DNA of 64,000 nucleotides from a bacterium. Lineage in GTDB: Bacteria > UBA8248 > JACPRG01 > G963555815. Shown piece after piece: positions 29,506 through 38,971 of the stretch (position 1 is the first letter of the stretch; each line of letters begins with the position of its first letter). A model generated the notes under the pieces. The model did no database searches, was not told the origin of the DNA, and saw only the letters and a list, made by a program, of their open reading frames with translations. The stretch lies in contig CAUVWX020000002.1 in the NCBI GenBank assembly GCA_963555815.3, forward strand, positions 128,001-192,000. The letters are read 5' to 3'. A program made the translations under genes and the position numbers.

Positions 29506-30690
29506 ATGATCATCGGAATTTTAAAGGAAACCTTCCCAGGTGAGCGTCGTGTGGCCCTGGTTCCGGCCATGCTTCCATCCTTGAGGAAGGCCGGCCTGGA
29601 AGTTGTGGTGGAAGCAGGGGCCGGAGAGGCCGCAGGATTTCCTGATTCTGGTTTCCAGGAAAAAGAGGCGCGAATTGTAGCATCCCGGGGCGAAGTCTTT
29701 TCTCAAGCAGACGTCATTCCTCAAGTTCGCACGCTGGGGGCCAACCCTGAGGCGGGTCAGGCTGACCTTGAATTGCTCCGTCCCAAACAGACTGTCCTGG
29801 GATTTTGCGAGCCACTTACGGCTGGCGAGGAGATGAAAGAGCTGGCTTCACGTGGCGTGACCGTTTTATCGCTCGAGTTCATGCCCCGGATTACTAGGGC
29901 GCAGAGCATGGATGTGCTTTCTTCAATGGCCACAATCACTGGCTACAAGGCGGTTTTAATCGCTGCGGATGTTCTTCCCAGAATGTTCCCAATGATGATG
30001 ACCGCCGCAGGGACTATTGCCCCTGCCCGTGTGCTCGTCGTCGGCGCAGGCGTTGCCGGCCTGCAAGCCGTCGCCACCGCACACCGGCTTGGGGCGGTGG
30101 TGCATGCCTACGATGTGCGGCCCGACGTCAAAGAACAGGTGGAGAGCCTTGGCGCAAAGTTCGTAGAGCTTCCTCTGGAGGCGTCGGGTGCGCAGGACAA
30201 GGGCGGCTATGCAAAGGATTTGGGTGATGACTTCTACCGGCGGCAACGTGAACTAATGGGCCGAGTGGTGGCCGAGAGCAACGTGGTCATTACCACGGCG
30301 GCGGTCCCTGGAAAACAAGCGCCCATTCTGATTACCTGCCAGATGGTGGAGGGCATGGCACCGGGCTCAGTGATCGTCGATGTGGCCGCCGAGCGGGGCG
30401 GCAACTGCGAACTGACCCAGCCGTCCGAAACGGCCTATAAAAACGGGGTGGCCATCATCGGACCGGTGAACCTCCCCTCTACCATTCCGTATCACGCCAG
30501 CCAGATGTACGCCAAGAACATTTCGACCTTTCTCCTCCACCTGGTCAAGGATGGCCACCTGAATCTTGACATGGAGGACCAGATCGCCCGCGAGACGCTT
30601 GTGGCACGGGAGGGGGAGGTCGTTCATCCGAGAGTTCGTGAGGCCCTTGGGCTCGGGACTGACCAGCCCGCGGGTGGGGGAACTGCGTAG
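29506..30690 (+). CDS. pntA: NAD(P) transhydrogenase alpha subunit, part 1 (domain I)
   Basis: GERRVA, RITRAQSMDVLSS, VVGAGVAGLQA, DVRP and GGNCELT motifs. Confidence 0.95.
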   Translation: MIIGILKETFPGERRVALVPAMLPSLRKAGLEVVVEAGAGEAAGFPDSGFQEKEARIVASRGEVFSQADVIPQVRTLGANPEAGQADLELLRPKQTVLGFCEPLTAGEEMKELASRGVTVLSLEFMPRITRAQSMDVLSSMATITGYKAVLIAADVLPRMFPMMMTAAGTIAPARVLVVGAGVAGLQAVATAHRLGAVVHAYDVRPDVKEQVESLGAKFVELPLEASGAQDKGGYAKDLGDDFYRRQRELMGRVVAESNVVITTAAVPGKQAPILITCQMVEGMAPGSVIVDVAAERGGNCELTQPSETAYKNGVAIIGPVNLPSTIPYHASQMYAKNISTFLLHLVKDGHLNLDMEDQIARETLVAREGEVVHPRVREALGLGTDQPAGGGTA

Positions 30691-30971
30691 TGGATGCCCT
30701 CATTATTGTCTTGACCATTTTCGTGCTCGCCATGTTCGTCGGCTTTGAGGTCATCACCAAAGTTCCGCCGACGCTGCACACGCCTCTCATGTCGGGGTCC
30801 AACGCCATCTCCGGCATTACGATCATCGGCGCTCTTCTCTCCGCCGGAACGCAGCACACCCTGCTCACGACCATCCTCGGCCTGATCGCGGCCATCTTTG
30901 CCGCTATCAACGTCGTCGGAGGGTTCCTCGTGACTCACCGCATGCTCGGCATGTTCCGAAGGAAAGACTGA
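30690..30971 (+). CDS. NAD(P) transhydrogenase alpha subunit, part 2 (membrane)
   Basis: KVPPTLHTPLMSGSNAISG and NVVGGFLVTHRMLGMF motifs. Confidence 0.95.
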   Translation: MDALIIVLTIFVLAMFVGFEVITKVPPTLHTPLMSGSNAISGITIIGALLSAGTQHTLLTTILGLIAAIFAAINVVGGFLVTHRMLGMFRRKD

Positions 30972-30974
30972 GCC

Positions 30975-32366
30975 ATGAATATCTCCCTGATCAATCTTGC
31001 CTATCTCGTCGCTTCGGTCCTGTTCATTTTGGGACTCACGGGGCTTGGCCATCCGCGCACGGCGGTGCGGGGCAACCTGATCGGCGCTGTTGGGATGCTG
31101 ATCGCCGTCGTGGCCACCCTGGTGGACCGGCGGATCATCAGCTACGAAATGATCGTTGTTGGGCTTGTGGTGGGTGCGACCATAGGAGCGGTCCTTGCGC
31201 TTAAGATTCAGATGACCGCCATGCCGCAAATGGTCGCGTTGCTGAACGGATTCGGCGGCGGCGCCTCGGTGCTGGTGGCCGGAGCAGCGCTCATTGAGGT
31301 CGGACTGCTTTCGGGAAAACCCCCCACTCAGCTCACAGTGGCCACTGCCGCCACCGGGATTATTGGAGCCGTCACCTTCTGGGGCAGCCTGGTGGCGTTC
31401 GCCAAGCTCCAGGAAATTATGCCAGGTAAAGCTGTTCTTTTTAGGGGACAGCAAGTGTTGAACGCCCTCCTCGGCCTCATCGCCCTCGTCATTGGCGCGT
31501 GGGTGGTTGTTTTTCCTCAAACCATAAACGCCTATTGGGGGTTGGTGGCGGTCTCCTCAATTCTCGGTATCTTGTTGGTGATCCCCATCGGCGGGGCCGA
31601 CATGCCGGTCGTGATCGCCCTCCTGAACTCGTACTCTGGGCTTGCCGCCACAGCCACCGGGTTCGTCCTTTCCAACAACGTTCTCGTCATCGGTGGCTCA
31701 CTGGTCGGGGCGTCGGGGATCATCCTCACGCGCATCATGTGCAAGGCCATGAACCGCTCCATGGTGAACGTCCTCTTTGGCGTCATGGGACCGGTTGAGG
31801 GCCAAACGACGACTGCCGATGAGATTTATGCCGGCCGGATCAAGTCCGCCACCTCAGACGAGGTGGCGATGGTATTCGACGCGGCGCGCCGGGTCGTTAT
31901 CGTTCCGGGGTATGGGATGGCCGTTGCCCAGGCTCAGCACGCAGTCCGCGCCCTGGCCGACCTTTTGGAATCGCGCGGGGTGGACGTGGAGTACGGGATT
32001 CACCCGGTCGCCGGCCGCATGCCAGGTCACATGAACGTCCTTCTCGCCGAGGCGAAAGTCCCCTACGACAAGCTCAAGGAATTGGATCAGATCAACCCGG
32101 GCATGGAGCAGGTGGATATTGCGCTGGTCATCGGGGCCAATGATACCGTGAACCCCGTGGCAAGCACGGATTCCTCAAGCCCCATCTCCGGCATGCCCAT
32201 CATCGAGGTAGAGAAGGCCCGCACGGTGATCGTGATCAAGCGCAGCCTGAGCCCGGGTTTTGCCGGGATCCCCAACCCGCTGTTCGCCTCCGACAGGACT
32301 CTGATGTACTTCGGAGACGGACAAAAAGCGGTCCTAGATCTCATCAGCGCCCTGAAAGCAGCCTGA
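30975..32366 (+). CDS. pntB: NAD(P) transhydrogenase beta subunit
   Basis: MTAMPQMVA, IGGADMPVVIALLNSYSG, PGYGMAVAQAQ and HPVAGRMPGHMNVLLAEA motifs. Confidence 0.96.
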   Translation: MNISLINLAYLVASVLFILGLTGLGHPRTAVRGNLIGAVGMLIAVVATLVDRRIISYEMIVVGLVVGATIGAVLALKIQMTAMPQMVALLNGFGGGASVLVAGAALIEVGLLSGKPPTQLTVATAATGIIGAVTFWGSLVAFAKLQEIMPGKAVLFRGQQVLNALLGLIALVIGAWVVVFPQTINAYWGLVAVSSILGILLVIPIGGADMPVVIALLNSYSGLAATATGFVLSNNVLVIGGSLVGASGIILTRIMCKAMNRSMVNVLFGVMGPVEGQTTTADEIYAGRIKSATSDEVAMVFDAARRVVIVPGYGMAVAQAQHAVRALADLLESRGVDVEYGIHPVAGRMPGHMNVLLAEAKVPYDKLKELDQINPGMEQVDIALVIGANDTVNPVASTDSSSPISGMPIIEVEKARTVIVIKRSLSPGFAGIPNPLFASDRTLMYFGDGQKAVLDLISALKAA

Positions 32367-32418
32367 TCCACAGCCCCCCAGAAGCGACAGAGACTTCTTC
32401 CAGCCAGGAAGGCGCTGG

Positions 32419-32874
32419 TTATCGTTCTCTGATCTGCGGATTTGTCTGAAGGATATTCGGCAAGGTTTCCACAAATGCCTTAATTTCGTCTCGCACCCTG
32501 CGGAATGTATTCCTGATTTCCTCTTCACTTCCCCGGGCCTTGGCTGGATCCGGGAAGCCGACGTGCACCACCCGGGTTGGTCTGGGGAAGGCCGGGCAAT
32601 GCTCATCGGCGTGACTGCAGACCGTAACCACATAGTCAAATTTGAGGTCGGGCAGATCGTCCACGCGCTTGGACGTTTGACCGGAGATGTCCACCCCCGC
32701 CTCCTTCATCACTTCTACGGCGCGGGGGTTCAGCCCGTGGGGCTCGACCCCGGCGGAATAGGGGTCGATGGTGTCTGTGTGGAGGCGTCTGGCCCACCCC
32801 TCGGCCATCTGGCTGCGGCAGGAATTTCCGGTGCACAAGAAGAGGATTTTCAGCTTCCCCTCTGAGGGCAACAT
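32419..32874 (-). CDS. arsC: Arsenate reductase, thioredoxin/LMW-PTPase type
   Basis: [16 protein letters not shown] and VTVC......CP.FP...H..FPDP motifs. Confidence 0.9.
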   Translation of the reverse strand: MLPSEGKLKILFLCTGNSCRSQMAEGWARRLHTDTIDPYSAGVEPHGLNPRAVEVMKEAGVDISGQTSKRVDDLPDLKFDYVVTVCSHADEHCPAFPRPTRVVHVGFPDPAKARGSEEEIRNTFRRVRDEIKAFVETLPNILQTNPQIRER

Positions 32875-32909
32875 AGACCTTTAAGCGTTCAATGGAGCCG
32901 AGGACAAGC

Positions 32910-32985
<76 letters not shown>

Positions 32986-33010
32986 ACCCCTTGTTTTTGA
33001 AGCAGTTACA

Positions 33011-34120
33011 CTACCCAATCTCAGCCGGACTTGCTAGAGTGTCTGTTTTTGTGTCTTCTTGGCTGTCGAGAAGCGCCACTGCCCGAGCCTTGTGTCGGTC
33101 AGTCAGGTGAGAGTACCTCATCACCATCCGCATGGTTTTATGGCCCAGTAACTCCCTGATGGTGTTCAAGTCCACTCCTGCCATTGCCAGGGCTGAGGCA
33201 AACTCATGGCGGGTGTCATGAAAGGTGTAGTCCCGAATACCGGCCCTCCGGACGCCGCTCTCAAAACCCTTCCGGATGCCTCGGATGGCCTCACCGTCGG
33301 GGCGGCAGAAGACATAGCCCCCATCTATACGGTAGGGAATTTCCTCCAGGATAGCACAGGCCGTCCCATTCAAAGGCATCGTCCTCCCCTCGCCGGACTT
33401 GGCTTCTCGCACCCGAAGGAATCTACCCCTGAGATCCACATCGCGCCACTCAAGCATAAAGATTTCACCGCGTCGTAGGCCGGTGTTGCGAGCGAAGTCA
33501 TAGATCCGCCTGATCCGGGGATGAAATTCTGTCTGAAGGCGTTCTCGCTCCTCGTCCTCCAGGATACGGCAACGGGCGTTGTTCTCCTTCAAGAACTTCG
33601 CCTTTACGACAGGGTTGGTAGTGACCTTCCCGTTCTCGATGGCCCGATTGAACATAGTTTTGAGCAGGGCCAACTCCCGGTTCACTGTTGCAGGCTTTCT
33701 CTTGGCCAGCCGGTCCGTCTGATAGCGCTGGACCATCTCGGGGGTGATGGCATCCAGGTACAAGTCCCCTAGGACAGGGAGGAGGGCCTTGAGGCTTGAT
33801 GTGTCCCGGAGGGCCGATCTCTTCCGTGCCGAATAGATCCGTGTGTATTCCTCGGCATACTGTCTGAGAGTGACCCGACGGACGGTCCGCCGGTCCAGGT
33901 GCTTTCCCTCGGCGATCTCGGTCCGTCTCTTGCCCATGACCGTTACGGCCAAGCGTTTGTTGGGGCCGATCCACTCCCGGGTTCTCCTGCCCCCGACGTA
34001 GTAGTCGAGAAAGTAATTACCCCGATTGTCCTGGCGCACACCAGGAGGCAGGTGGAGGGCCTTGCGTCTGGACAGCCCACGTGGCTTCCGAGAGGTCTTG
34101 GGTTCGTTAGGTGCGTTCAT
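33011..34120 (-). CDS. Tyrosine recombinase / phage integrase
   Basis: KPATVNRELA, TGLRRGEI, FHDTRH, ELLGHK and MRYSH give an intact R-H-R-H-Y set; N-terminal arm-binding-like segment. Confidence 0.95.
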   Translation of the reverse strand: MNAPNEPKTSRKPRGLSRRKALHLPPGVRQDNRGNYFLDYYVGGRRTREWIGPNKRLAVTVMGKRRTEIAEGKHLDRRTVRRVTLRQYAEEYTRIYSARKRSALRDTSSLKALLPVLGDLYLDAITPEMVQRYQTDRLAKRKPATVNRELALLKTMFNRAIENGKVTTNPVVKAKFLKENNARCRILEDEERERLQTEFHPRIRRIYDFARNTGLRRGEIFMLEWRDVDLRGRFLRVREAKSGEGRTMPLNGTACAILEEIPYRIDGGYVFCRPDGEAIRGIRKGFESGVRRAGIRDYTFHDTRHEFASALAMAGVDLNTIRELLGHKTMRMVMRYSHLTDRHKARAVALLDSQEDTKTDTLASPAEIG

Positions 34121-34311
34121 GGCCTTTTCCCCTGTCTCCTTTGTCGTCTGGCCTTTGCCCCGGCCTCCCTGTCCAAGCCCTGGGCGATGAACCGCCGGGC
34201 CACCACCGAGATGTTAGCCCGCTCCCGCTCGGCGATGGCCTCCAGGAGGCGGTAGTCATCAGCACTGATGCGAAGATGCAAGCCAAGTTCATATCTGGTC
34301 CGGTTTCTCAT
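34117..34311 (-). CDS. Ribbon-helix-helix (CopG-like) DNA-binding protein
   Basis: LHLRISADDYRLLEAIAERERANISVVARRFI fits the RHH pattern; its stop overlaps the integrase start (ATGA). Confidence 0.7.
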   Translation of the reverse strand: MRNRTRYELGLHLRISADDYRLLEAIAERERANISVVARRFIAQGLDREAGAKARRQRRQGKRP

Positions 34312-34347
34312 GTAGAACAAAATAGGACAAAAATCTACTGGATTCAA
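34312..34347 (-). promoter_or_regulatory. Sigma70-like promoter for RHH-integrase, probably leaderless, overlapped by repeats
   Basis: Minus strand: TTGAAT (34347-34342), 17 nt, TATTTT (34324-34319), 7 nt, ATG. It also contains a GTAGA/TCTAC inverted repeat and a G(A/G)ACAAAA direct repeat. Confidence 0.55.
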
Positions 34348-34355
34348 GCCTTTTT

Positions 34356-34565
34356 CTACGTTCGCTCCCGAGCAGGAGTCTTTCCTTTCTCAATAACATC
34401 GTCGAGGTCGGCCAGGTCAAACCTCAGGCTTCGGCCCATCTTCACCTTGGGGATGCGACCCATGCTGGCCCACTGGCGGACGGTCCATTCGGCCAGGCAC
34501 AAGTATTCAGCGGCCTCAGCGGCAGTCAGGAGGCGCTTTTTCAGGCTACGGTCGGGGGAGGTCAT
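34356..34565 (-). CDS. Excisionase-family helix-turn-helix protein
   Basis: LLTAAEAAEYLCLAEWTVRQW...GRIP.VKMGRSLRF fits the HTH_17 pattern. Confidence 0.88.
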   Translation of the reverse strand: MTSPDRSLKKRLLTAAEAAEYLCLAEWTVRQWASMGRIPKVKMGRSLRFDLADLDDVIEKGKTPARERT

Positions 34566-34723
34566 TTTGCTTTTACCTCAGATCCGCCCAATCTGTTCTC
34601 CCCACTCCGCATTCCGCAAGTTGACCTGATTTGCGGTTTGAGGAAGTTCTATGCTCGCTCATTTCCTTTTCGCAAACCGCAGCCCCCCTATAGGGGCTGC
34701 GGTACGCGGAAGAGCGGCACCTG

Positions 34724-35857
34724 TTATGCGGATGGCCCATTATCGGCTGGCCCCTCCTCTACCCAATACACCCGTGAAATTCTCGGCCCATCTGCCTTGA
34801 CCAGTCCTTCGCCCTTAGCCTTTTTCATGGCCTCTTGCGCCGTCCTCTCCCTCCACCCAAGGCGAGCCTCAAGGGCTTGAAAGATAGGTTTCCATCCCTG
34901 CACCTTCCCGTCATCCGTTAGTTGCTGAAGCTCAACCACTGTGTCCCTCACTGCCTTGGCGCGCCATTCGTCCTTCCCCGGGCCTATGAGCCCTTGCACC
35001 CGATGCCATCCTGCTTCTTGTGGGAAGAGGAGCTCCAGATTCGGGGGAAGCTGCCTATAACGGGCCTTGGTGAAGTAGGCATTGACGAGCACGCCCTCCG
35101 CGTCCCCCTGTTTCCGCTCAAGGGTCAGGCGGGCGTCGCACCAGTCAAGGGGCCTAACACTTCCCCTGAACCTGTGCTCAGTGCTGCGGTCCTGCGACTT
35201 GTTCCAGTTATGGCTCAGGATGAGACCGCCACCCAGCTTGCGGTAGAGGTGGCGTAGCCCCGTGAGGATGGGCTCCCAGTCCTGCTCGGAGTTAATGTCT
35301 CCTGACATCATCTCCCTTACCGGGTCTAGGATGAGCACGTCGGCACCAAAATCCTCCGAAACCTGCCCCAGTCTCTCTAGACCTTCCACTCGGTCCAGCT
35401 TGAGTCCATCGGCCATGATGAGGCCGAAGCGTCCCATAGCGTCACGGAGCGGCGCGCCGGGGCCTTCAAGCAACATCTCTAGCCGCTGTTTGTAGAGCCC
35501 CTTGTGTCCCTCACCTGCGATGTAAAGAACACGCCGAGGGCCACCTGTGGGGAGCTCAAGAAAGTCCCGCCCAGCCGCCAGGCTCAGTGCTAGCTCTAAG
35601 AGGAGCCAAGTCTTTGTGGCCCCGTAGGATCCGTCGATGCTAAGGGCGGTCTTCCGGAGGAAGAATCCATCGCCCCAGAGGCGTTCAGGGAGGGAAATTT
35701 TTGTCGCTAGAAGCTCTTCTCCTGTAATGACTGTCAAGCTCCCGGATTCACTGGACGTAGGGTCATGCGAGGCTGGAGAGCTCGTCACCTTATACTGGGC
35801 AGTGTGGATAGCCATGAGGGCCTCGGGTCCCTGAACGGGTGTACATGTCATTGACAT
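34724..35857 (-). CDS. AAA_25 / RepA-like SF4-type helicase ATPase with C-terminal winged-helix-like region
   Basis: Walker A-like GSYGATKT, VLYIAGE, Walker B VLILDP, LSHNWNK and RGS motifs; no primase domain. Confidence 0.8.
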   Translation of the reverse strand: MSMTCTPVQGPEALMAIHTAQYKVTSSPASHDPTSSESGSLTVITGEELLATKISLPERLWGDGFFLRKTALSIDGSYGATKTWLLLELALSLAAGRDFLELPTGGPRRVLYIAGEGHKGLYKQRLEMLLEGPGAPLRDAMGRFGLIMADGLKLDRVEGLERLGQVSEDFGADVLILDPVREMMSGDINSEQDWEPILTGLRHLYRKLGGGLILSHNWNKSQDRSTEHRFRGSVRPLDWCDARLTLERKQGDAEGVLVNAYFTKARYRQLPPNLELLFPQEAGWHRVQGLIGPGKDEWRAKAVRDTVVELQQLTDDGKVQGWKPIFQALEARLGWRERTAQEAMKKAKGEGLVKADGPRISRVYWVEEGPADNGPSA

Positions 35858-36000
35858 TTACCAGCCCTCCCGATGACGTGAGGACAGGTGCCAGAACATT
35901 GGTGGTGGAGATTCAGGGTCTCACGATTATTGTTACGAGAGATTGTGTGTGGTATTTTCTCTGACACAGGTTCGCCTCCTTTAGCGAGTTGGTGGCCTGG

Positions 36001-36045
36001 GCGCCCCCGTACCGGCGTTCGCGCGCCGGATCAATGCGGGGGCGC
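36001..36045 (-). other. Long GC-rich stem-loop between ORF 36048-36842 and the helicase leader
   Basis: GCGCCCCCG...CGGGGGCGC outer stem encloses a CCGGCG...CGCCGG inner stem. Confidence 0.55.
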
Positions 36046-36047
36046 TA

Positions 36048-36842
36048 TTAATTTAACGGGCCGACGTTTTCCAAAACTTTGCTAAATGGTCGATTTCCCG
36101 GCGATCCCTCGGGTTGCTTAACCTCTTCCAGCTTATTGAGCCATATGTCTGCGAGTTCCCCTAGCCGGTCCAAGTGGTAATGTGCTTTAGATGAATCTCC
36201 TTTTTCAATGCCCTTGCGGGCCTCCTCGAGGTGCCAAGTGTTCAAACCCTCTGCACACCACATCAGCTGCCAAAATTCCTCCTCATTGTAATCCGTGTGT
36301 CTGATCATGTCGGAGACCAAACGAAAGAGACATCTCTCTAACTTTTCAAAGTATTCATCTCCTTCGTTTTCCTCTCTGCTCTGGAGTTCCTGGTACATTT
36401 GGTAGAGACCGTACGCTTGGTAGAGAATTGATAACCTGGCATCAAAGCTATAGTTCAAGTACTCCTCCCAAGCACTTGCTGCTTTAACGGAATCTAATTT
36501 AAGCAGCTCTTCGATGTAAAAATGGGCAAGACTTCCCAATTCTCGTGCCTGCGCTCCCTTAAATCGGTCTTCTGTCCTCCAAACCCGAATTTGATTGTCG
36601 GATACATCTACGAGCTTTGCGAGGTGTTCGAGTGTCCATTGAAGTCCACCTCCATGAAAGACTTGGAGACACGCAGCAGCATGCTTGTGAAAAGGAAACG
36701 GGCGTGGCTGGCTTCTTGGAATTCCCTTTCGAGGTCGTTCTTCGTATGACTCAAGTCTGTCGACTATCCATCTCTTTGCAAGGGGCGAAGACCGTAAAGC
36801 CCTTTTGACTTCTGAAAGAATGTGCCTTTTACTAGCGTCCAC
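36048..36842 (-). CDS. Hypothetical protein with an internal HTH-like motif
   Basis: 264-aa ORF with RBS gaggag; TLEHLAKLVDVSDNQIRVWRTE is an HTH-like segment. Confidence 0.65.
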   Translation of the reverse strand: MDASKRHILSEVKRALRSSPLAKRWIVDRLESYEERPRKGIPRSQPRPFPFHKHAAACLQVFHGGGLQWTLEHLAKLVDVSDNQIRVWRTEDRFKGAQARELGSLAHFYIEELLKLDSVKAASAWEEYLNYSFDARLSILYQAYGLYQMYQELQSREENEGDEYFEKLERCLFRLVSDMIRHTDYNEEEFWQLMWCAEGLNTWHLEEARKGIEKGDSSKAHYHLDRLGELADIWLNKLEEVKQPEGSPGNRPFSKVLENVGPLN

Positions 36843-37805
36843 AATAATGTCTCCTCTTCAATCATTATTTTAATATATATGGCCCTGCTTCGGAATTTGG
36901 CAAGCCCTTTTTGCATGATTTTTTTGCGCGTCAAGGAGAGGTGCCACCAGTCTGAAATCTGCAACCTTGGAGGCGAGGGGGAGCTCTAAGCAGAGAGCTG
37001 CGAATCTTCGCACCCAAGCATATTTCAATGGGTGAAAATTGAAAGGAACGTTCCTAGCGATAAATGAGATTGGAAAAAAGGATGCATGGGGAGGAATTCA
37101 AAGACCCCCCTCCCTGAACGTGACCTTCACGCTGGAGTGCCGGGAAGGAATGTGGTCCCTCCAGCCTCGCCAAAGGACAGCTGCCGCACCTCCCCGGCAG
37201 CGTCCCGGGCGGGACATTCAGGCTAAAACAACTGAAGGGCTTTTAGGGGCGGCTCTAGGTATCCCTGGAGAGGCTAGAATATAAACTCTTAAGTAGATTA
37301 TATAATTGCTTAAAGACCCTATGAAACCTGGATGGGTCTTAGGGGAATGCTACAATGATCTCAGATGATATAAAAAGTCAAGTGAGTGGAAACTGTGGAC
37401 CCTTCTGGCATCTGGCGCCAACTTGGGCCTCGTCAGCGAAGCCCCTGGCCCTCCAGCACCCCTTCATGGTGAGGCCCTGGTCCTCCAGTTCCTCACGGAC
37501 TTCGCTCACATGCGGGACGAGGAAATGATGACCCAAGCGCAGGCGTGCAAGGAGGTCGGGAAGCACTACAACGACCTCACAGGGGGCCACCTCTTTCAGC
37601 CAGAAGGCGCTGGACACCATCCGGACGTTTCACATCGCTATCGAGCGTATCCCAGCGGGATGCGGGCAGATGCTCTGCGCCCTGGATTTCTACCTCGAAT
37701 CCCCCAAGGAGGTGGCCATCATCGGGCCAAAAGAATCCCCCGAGACGCTGACAATTTTTAAGGGCCATCCACTAGGCAGTAAACCCAGCCAGAGGACGGT
37801 ACCGC

Positions 37806-38213
37806 ATGGGATGGTATGAAGCCCTCAAGGACGCTCACGCCGTTGCAGACCGGCTCAAAAATGCTGAGTTGAAGCAGAGGTTGGCCGATCTTCAGGTGGA
37901 ATGTGCAAAGCTCGCCGAAGAGAACGCGAGGCTGCGTCAAGAGCTAATCGCTTTACGTCAGCGTGTGCGAACCCGCGAGGAAATGCAGTATCAGCACGAC
38001 GTGTATTGGCGACATTCCGGCGGCAAGCGTGAAGGCCCCTTCTGCCCAAAGTGTTTTGATGGAAAAGAAAAGGCGGCCCGAATGAGTGACCGCCCAGATG
38101 ACACCTATTGGCGATGTCCCGTCTGCGAATATCTTATCTATAAGTTGGGCCAAGATTTTCGGGGGGGGTCGGCTGGTGACGCCGAGACCGAATTTGACCC
38201 GTTTTCAGGCTGA
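37806..38213 (+). CDS. Cassette gene 1: coiled-coil plus Zn-ribbon hypothetical protein
   Basis: N-terminal coiled coil, CPKC...CPVC motif, followed by an attC site. Confidence 0.75.
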   Translation: MGWYEALKDAHAVADRLKNAELKQRLADLQVECAKLAEENARLRQELIALRQRVRTREEMQYQHDVYWRHSGGKREGPFCPKCFDGKEKAARMSDRPDDTYWRCPVCEYLIYKLGQDFRGGSAGDAETEFDPFSG

Positions 38214-38224
38214 ACACTCACGGT

Positions 38225-38282
38225 GCCTAACACCCGGCTTCAGCGGACGCGCTTCGCGTGCGGCTGTGCCGAAACGTTAGAA
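38225..38282 (+). mobile_element. Integron attC site 1
   Basis: GCCTAAC ... GTTAGAA ends; internal pairing CGGC/GCCG, CAGC/GCTG and ACGCG/CGCGT; 58 bp, starting 11 nt after a stop codon. Confidence 0.85.
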
Positions 38283-38378
38283 TGTTGGACGGTTCGGCGA
38301 TCCAGGAGAATTTGGCCGAATCCTGGTCCTTAATCTGGCAGTCCAATATATATTGGGCGGGGGTAAAAGGAACAAAAT

Positions 38379-38885
38379 ATGGCGACAACGGTTTCCGTTG
38401 AAGGTCCCCTTAAGGTTCCCTGCTATCAAGGAAGGGTGGGACGTACAATTACTGATAAAAACATCAGGGATTTCTGGCGGAAGCATGCGGCCCTTTCGAA
38501 AGGGCGGGGTTGCTACGTGTTCGGCATAAGGACAGGCGGGGGGCTAACGCCAGGCTACGTCGGCAAGGCAACGAAGTTGTTCAAACAGGAGACGTTCGCC
38601 CATCACAAAATCACTCGCTACCAGCGATTTTTGGTCGATTATCAAAAGGGTACGCCAGTGATATTTTTCATCACCGCAGCGAAGAAAAAGGGTGCACCAA
38701 ATTCAGCTCACATTAGCCAGCTTGAAACATTTCTTATTCATGTGGCTCTTGCTTTAAATCCTGAATTACTCAACATCAAGGGAACTAAGGTAGAGCAATG
38801 GGCAATCGTTGGTGTTCTACGGAGCAAGGGGAAGCCATCAAAAAGTGCGCAGCAGTTCAAGAAACTAATGAAGATTGGAGCGTAA
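38379..38885 (+). CDS. Cassette gene 2: GIY-YIG-like nuclease-fold protein
   Basis: GCYVF....GYVGKA motif pair, downstream LET.LI and LLN; flanked by attC sites. Confidence 0.65.
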   Translation: MATTVSVEGPLKVPCYQGRVGRTITDKNIRDFWRKHAALSKGRGCYVFGIRTGGGLTPGYVGKATKLFKQETFAHHKITRYQRFLVDYQKGTPVIFFITAAKKKGAPNSAHISQLETFLIHVALALNPELLNIKGTKVEQWAIVGVLRSKGKPSKSAQQFKKLMKIGA

Positions 38886-38895
38886 TCTCTCCGCC

Positions 38896-38955
38896 GTCTA
38901 ACACGCTGGCTGAGGGGACCGGCATCGGTGGCTGCTCAGCGCTACGGTGTTAGGC
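38896..38955 (+). mobile_element. Integron attC site 2
   Basis: GTCTAACAC ... GTGTTAGGC ends; GCTGAG/CTCAGC and ACCG/CGGT inner stems; 60 bp. Confidence 0.85.
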
Positions 38956-38971
38956 CGATGGGATACTGCGC

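Noticed and set aside
32890..32906. CCTCGGCTCCA on the minus strand just after tRNA-Phe as a second tRNA 3' remnant
   Set aside because: It is only about 11 nt with no T-arm and could be chance.
33011..34120. Integrase as the integron integrase for the attC array
   Set aside because: It has phage-type architecture with xis, no recognisable IntI-specific insertion, and lies 3.6 kb from the cassettes with no attI.
37375..37761. ORF 37423-37761 as a real gene
   Set aside because: It has no convincing start or RBS and no recognisable family; it is possibly a fragment truncated by the cassette block.
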